64,000 nucleotides of DNA from Candidatus Omnitrophota bacterium (GTDB taxonomy: Bacteria > Omnitrophota > Gorgyraeia > Zapsychrales > Fredricksoniimonadaceae): assembly GCA_044225175.1 (NCBI GenBank), contig JBGAJA010000002.1, forward strand, positions 146,917 through 210,916, in the 5' to 3' direction. Position numbers and translations under genes: made by a program. The notes beneath the pieces were generated by a model. It was not told where the DNA came from. It did no database searches and saw only the letters and a program-made list of their open reading frames with translations. Numbering within the stretch: position 1 is the stretch's first letter; each line of letters opens with the position of its first letter. Positions 55,501 through 61,500 of this stretch are shown here, in pieces.

Positions 55501-58500
55501 TCTAATTCTGGGATAGCTGGAAGATTAGTCACCAAAGCAACTGGTTTAGAATCAGGAGCAGGTTATCAGTCTTTAGTATTTGGAACACGGTTGGCTGCAA
55601 GTGAAGCTCTCACGGTAGGTGTTCCTAATGCGATCAGCTTCCTTAATACGGGACATGGCCTATCCTCTAAAACAAACTGGACATTGGCAGGGATTGGTTT
55701 GTCTTATCCTATCGCTCGTGTGGTCACATCGTCTTCATTCGTCCCAGTCGTCTTTAGCAGACGATTGACAGACGCTCCAAGCGTGTTTGGTACGGTCGCT
55801 CGAATGGGACAATCAGCAGTGTCTCAAGGATTACTCTGGGGCCAAATTGATGCCTCTGTGGCTGCAGCTCATTCAGCCATGGGCAATGGATCAATCACCG
55901 CCAGCGATGTATTCTTCAAAAATTATCTTCCTGGATTAGGCACAGGTGCGGCCTTTGGAGCTGTGACTGGTTCTATGCGCGGTGTAGTGGAAAGACCTAT
56001 GACGCCTGATACGATGTTGAAAAAATATGCAGCTGCAGCCAGTATTGGGGCCACTGCTAATATTTTAAACGGCTGGATCAATCACGGTTCAAACTATAGC
56101 ACCAAACAGATGTTAGAAGATGCAACTGTAGGCGTTGGCATGGGCCTATTTGGAATGGCTGCTTTGAAGAATCCAGAATGGTTCAAAAGTTTATCAACGA
56201 CTAACAAACTGCTTGTAGGAGCTGGTGTAGGAAGCATAGCAAGAATAACAGATCAAGCGGTCTTTCATTCAGACTCTATTATTGGTTGGGAATCAGAAAA
56301 AGACCATCATTATACAAAGGGAAGAGCTTTAACGGATGCAATCGTAGGTGCAGGCATGGGAGCTTTAGGGGCCCACTTCATTGGGGGTACCAAATTAGGG
56401 GGGGCAAGTGCTGAAAGTGAAATTGCTAAAAAGATGCTTCCAGAGAACCTATTGTCCACAGCTACCTCAGGGGCATTGAAATGGACCTATGTTTCTCCCG
56501 CCTTCACATTAGGACAATCAATTTGGCAAGGAAGATTAGACAAATTAACAGCCAGAGAACTCATCGACTCTTCCATCGAAGGTCCTAGATCCGGTCGCTG
56601 GATGGGTGTTGCCTTTGATGCGGCCCAAGTCCATGGCACAGCCAGAAGTGTAGCCCAATTAGAAGAAGCAGGGTATTCGAAATTCGGCGCCAGAATGGTG
56701 GCTGGATTTGAAAATACCGTGATGAATATGCAAAAAGGCCCATGGGAAGGAAATTTAGGCAAGCACATTTGGAGCAACATCATTTACATGCCAGGGCTGA
56801 TGAAAACCGTGGATGCTTTTACTCAAGCGGCAGATATTGGATTTGAAGTCAATGGTCAAAAGGTTTTTGGAGGATTGACAGACTTAAGAAACTCCATTGA
56901 CGGCACCCAAAATTTACAACCTGTGATTGGCCGCTATGTCGTCAATGACAGAGGTGAGGCCACATACGCTCCTGATACAAAAACATCTCAATACTTTAGT
57001 TTTGGGGTCATGACCGCTTTGCCTGCTTATCAGCCAGGTGTTAGTTCATCTAATCAAGCAAGAACAATCGTGGATCTTTTAAGAACTCCAAATAGAACCG
57101 AGGGGGCTGCAGAACAAGGATGGTTTAAAAAGGTTGTCGGCAAAACAAGGTCTTATATCAGTGATCTTTCTAGAACTCAAAGACGAGGTGCGTTTTATAC
57201 AGGATGGATTCCTTCCCGATTTTCTTCTTCGACTAATAATGTCGAACGAGCTAAGAAGGTGGTGGAAGCTTCGCCTCAAGCTAAGAGCACAACGCCCACA
57301 GAACTATCAACGGCTTCAAAGGTCACCTCAGCTATCGAAAGCTATAGAGCTTCTATGGGCTCACAAACAGCAGAGCAATTGACCATCGACCAGGCCCATA
57401 TGGCAGCTGAATTCTCCAAGCTATCTGCCACTGACACAGATTTGCATGCGGCCGTTGGAGGAGATGTCGTTAGTTTCTTAAGAGATGTAAGACAAGCTTC
57501 TCAAAGACAATCGGTTACCGAAGCTTTAAGAGGGTTAAGTGACGGTACAAAAAGAACAATTTTAGGTAATGTCGACGCACCATCAGGCAGTATTGCAAAG
57601 CTTTTTGAAGCTAAAATTAAAGGTCTTGATTTCAACAATCTTCCCAAGGACATTGATCCAACTTTAAGAAGAACAATCAAAGATACCCAAAGTGCCCATG
57701 ACCAATACACCAAAGACCTCAATGACGCATTTCGTTTAAGGACTGCAGTGCAATTCATTAAAGGAAGCCAAGGTATGACAGATCAAAGAGCTCGGGCCTA
57801 TGAGTTCTTTAGAATTTTGGGAGCTATGCCTGAAAAAGGAGCTGAGGGACTTGGGAATGCTCAAGTCAAAGACATCGAAGCCGAACGAGTGACGCTTGAA
57901 CGCTTGCACCAACAATACTTAGCTGAAGGTGGACCAGTAGAACGGTTCATTGGCGAGATTGTAGGCAGTTCACAAAGAGATTTGGTTAGAAAAGCCATGC
58001 AATTGACCAAAAAAGCATTTAGTGGTGGAAGCAGCGATGCTAGAAATCTTGATACACAAAATGTCCTTACAAAAATCCGCAATATCCTTGTAGACAATAT
58101 GCAGTCACGTCTTCAAGTGAGCCTTCAAGACTTAGGGATCAGGGTGGATTCCCATACTGTAGATGGCAAGAAGATACTTACCTTAAAAGATGCAACCAAT
58201 GAGAATAGAGCGCTCACAGACAAAGAAAAAGCCCAGGCTTTTGACAGAGTTTTAAGATCAAACATTTCATTTGAACAAAAGGTCTTTGAACTTTTAATCC
58301 TCTCTAAATCAGAACAAGGCCAAAGCTGGGACATTGATTTAAATGACATTGCGTCCATCATGGATTTTCATGCTGTAGCCAAAGAAGCCAAAGATAACCG
58401 CACTCAATTAGCTGTCTTAGATAAATACATGGGGGGTGGTAAATCAGAAATCGCAACCATGTTGGCCTTAGCTGCCTTCCATGATAGTGGAAATAGCTTC

Positions 58501-61500
58501 CTTAAAGGCAGGACCCTGGTGTTGGCAAGTAAAGACGGATCATTGCTAAGCAAATGGTTAAAATTGACAGAAAAAGACAATAGTATCTTTAATTTTAAAC
58601 CAGCCCCATTGGTGGAAGTCACGATCCCAACCTCTAGATTTTCAACAGAAGTGTTAGAGCAATTACAACAAAGAGGCATTGTAGAAAATGTCGAAGGCAC
58701 CACCACCCAAGTGAGACTTAAAGCAGAGAATTTGAATAGAGATGTAATCAAAGACATTGCCAAGTCAGAAGCTGAGGATGTTTGGAAGACATTAGAAAAT
58801 GCCAAGGAAGCTCAAGATGCCAAGCGCATTGATTTCAATGAACGCTTACCAGAGGGGATCGTCGTTTTAGATTATAAACAAATCTTTGAATACGTCTTAA
58901 ATGGTTTGGAAACTGGACACTCTCATTTTAAGAATTCGGTGTTAATTGGAGATGAAATCCATGAATTGCTTTCATCCGCTCCTTTGATTTCTGGGGTATC
59001 CATGGAAGTCATTTCCAAGGGTATTGAAGAAATGAGAAAAGATCCAAAATTAAGCGCTGCCCTTGAAAATGACCGTATTTTTGAACTGGCCACAGCCAAA
59101 GCATCCACCCAGACCCAAGAGAGTTTAAGCAAACGAGTACTTGCATCCCATGTGGAAAAAGCTGGGTTTAATTATAGTCAGTTGATGGGTGAGATTGAAC
59201 GATTAGGCTATGTGCAAAAAGACGCGCAAGGAAATTATCGAGTAACGGACAGCTTTAAGAAGGACAAGAACACATTGAAAGACCAGTTATCTGGCCAATA
59301 CTCTCAAGATCAAATCTCTCATGTGGAATGGATGCTTGATCGCTCTCAAAATGATGCATTCTATAATTTAGTGACCCATAAAGACGGCGGGCGATTTGCC
59401 CCTGAATTTACCAAAGAAGCCCAAGAAGCCATTCAAGAACAATTAACGGCCCAAAGGGAAATAGAAAATCCTTACTCCGACGCAGGTGGAGCCGATAAGT
59501 TTAAAGATTTTCTAGATAAGCTTGCCTGGATTTCATTGGCCAGAAGTGAAAAGGCTGATGGGACCATGGTGGATTTCTTCAAAGACAAAGATGGCAAACT
59601 TAATTTCACTCCTGCTGATCCATTCAATGGAGGCAAGAAAAATGTTGGCCAGGTATGGAATGATGATCAATTAGTTCGTGCTGCATTTGCGTATGAAGGA
59701 GCCCGAGGCGAGCAAGTGAATGCTACAGATCGTTTGGAAAAGGTCTACCATCAAATGGGTCTTCAGGCCACATCCAGTGATGTTATTAAGGCCTTTGACC
59801 AGGTCTTTGGGTTAACAGGGACCATGAATGAAAGTCCTAACGTGTCTTTGTTTGCTTCCAAGGTCAACCGATTTGTCCGCTCCATCACATCCAGAGACGT
59901 GCAAACAACATTTAGATTAGGCGGCAATGAAACAATCCGTACTTCATGGAATAACTTCCTTTCCAAGATCAATGGGAAATTAGGTTTTGGAATCATCCAT
60001 AAAATTGGTAAAGAATCCGTAAAGGCCTTAAATGACCAAATCCTTGAAAGCACAGATCACGCAGGCAGGTTAGTGAAAGATAAAAATGGAGAATATGAGC
60101 TTCAAGTTGAAATTTCTAAAGGTGAATGGGTCAAAGCAAGTGAAGAACAAGCAGCTAAAATTAAAACCGTAGTCATTATGGCTGAGAATCAAGAAAGCTG
60201 GGGGCAAGACCAAGCAGCCAGCATGAAAGGTCAAGAAAACACTGTCATTACATTTGCCGATATTGCGGACATCACTAAGGAATGGAAATCTGTCATTAAA
60301 AACTCAGAAGAATTAACTGGAGTGCTTAAACTCTTGTCGGGTAAGAATATCTTGGCCATTGGACAATTTGGTCCTGGGTTAAGTATTGAAGCGGTAGATG
60401 GCTATCGCGGGCTTGAAATCATTACATCACCTACAAGCTCGGATCGTATCTTGCAGCAATCCACCCGTATGAACACGTTAAATTCAAAGGGTAAGAAATC
60501 TTTTGCCGTGTCTCGTATGGAAGGTGAAGTTGAAGTGATTTTAGATGGCAATGAATTCCATCTTTCCAGCAATCAAACACAAACATTAAGATTACAGCAA
60601 GCCAAATTAGACAGGGCCCAAGAGAAAGTCAATGCCAATCCAAATGACACGCAAGCCAAGGCAGAATTAGAAAACGCTCAAAGAGAACATCGAGAAGCAT
60701 TTGAAGGGACATTCAGAGAAATTGGTAAAGGGATCATTTCCACAAGCATTGTCTCAACCATGGCCCATCAAAAAGGCGGTTCATTTGAACAAGCCATTCA
60801 TCGACTCAATCAAATTTATGAACACTTAGATGCCAATGCCGCACGTTTGCAGATGAAGTCCACCAATTTGCCTCAAGCTTATTTGCTTAACCCTATGGGG
60901 GTCGGGGTATTTAATGTTTATAGTGAAGGAAAGACCCAATTCAAATCAGGGGTCAAAAATGCCGCAACAATCGTCACTCCCGGCAGCCAATTGGCTCTGG
61001 ATCAATTTGGCAATATCATTTATGGCGGCCAACATGGGGTTGTGGTTGATCCAATGAGTGGATGGATTTATGACCTTCAAGATTACCAAAAAGACCCAAC
61101 TTTAAAAGGAGTGCAAGCATTAGGTAGTATTGTGGATGTTGATCAGCCAACAACCATTCAAGGATTTAATGGTACATTCACCACAGAAAAAGCTAAAGCA
61201 GTTATGCTTTTTGATGACTCTTCTTTAGAAGGCGCTGCGGAAAGCAAAGCTAGGGTGGGTCGTGTGATGACAAAGGCTGTTTTGAATGGGACCAATCAAA
61301 TGGTGGATATTGAAGACTCATGGGTATCTCCTCACCAAACAGGCGCACCAGAACATGCCGGTGGAACAATCAAGAATGCTGCCCTTTTTGGATTACCAGC
61401 CAACATTAAAGTTTCCAAAGTCCAAACAACCAAGCATGGAACAGCCTATCGATTGGTTTATTCCCAACATGATGGTCAAGATGAATTGCATGCGGCTATT

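Noticed and set aside
58425-58445. 'GGGKS' as a canonical Walker A P-loop in the giant protein
   Set aside because: It does not strictly satisfy [AG]xxxxGK[ST]. I keep it only as part of a tentative SF2/SecA-like motif set, not as a confident NTPase call.
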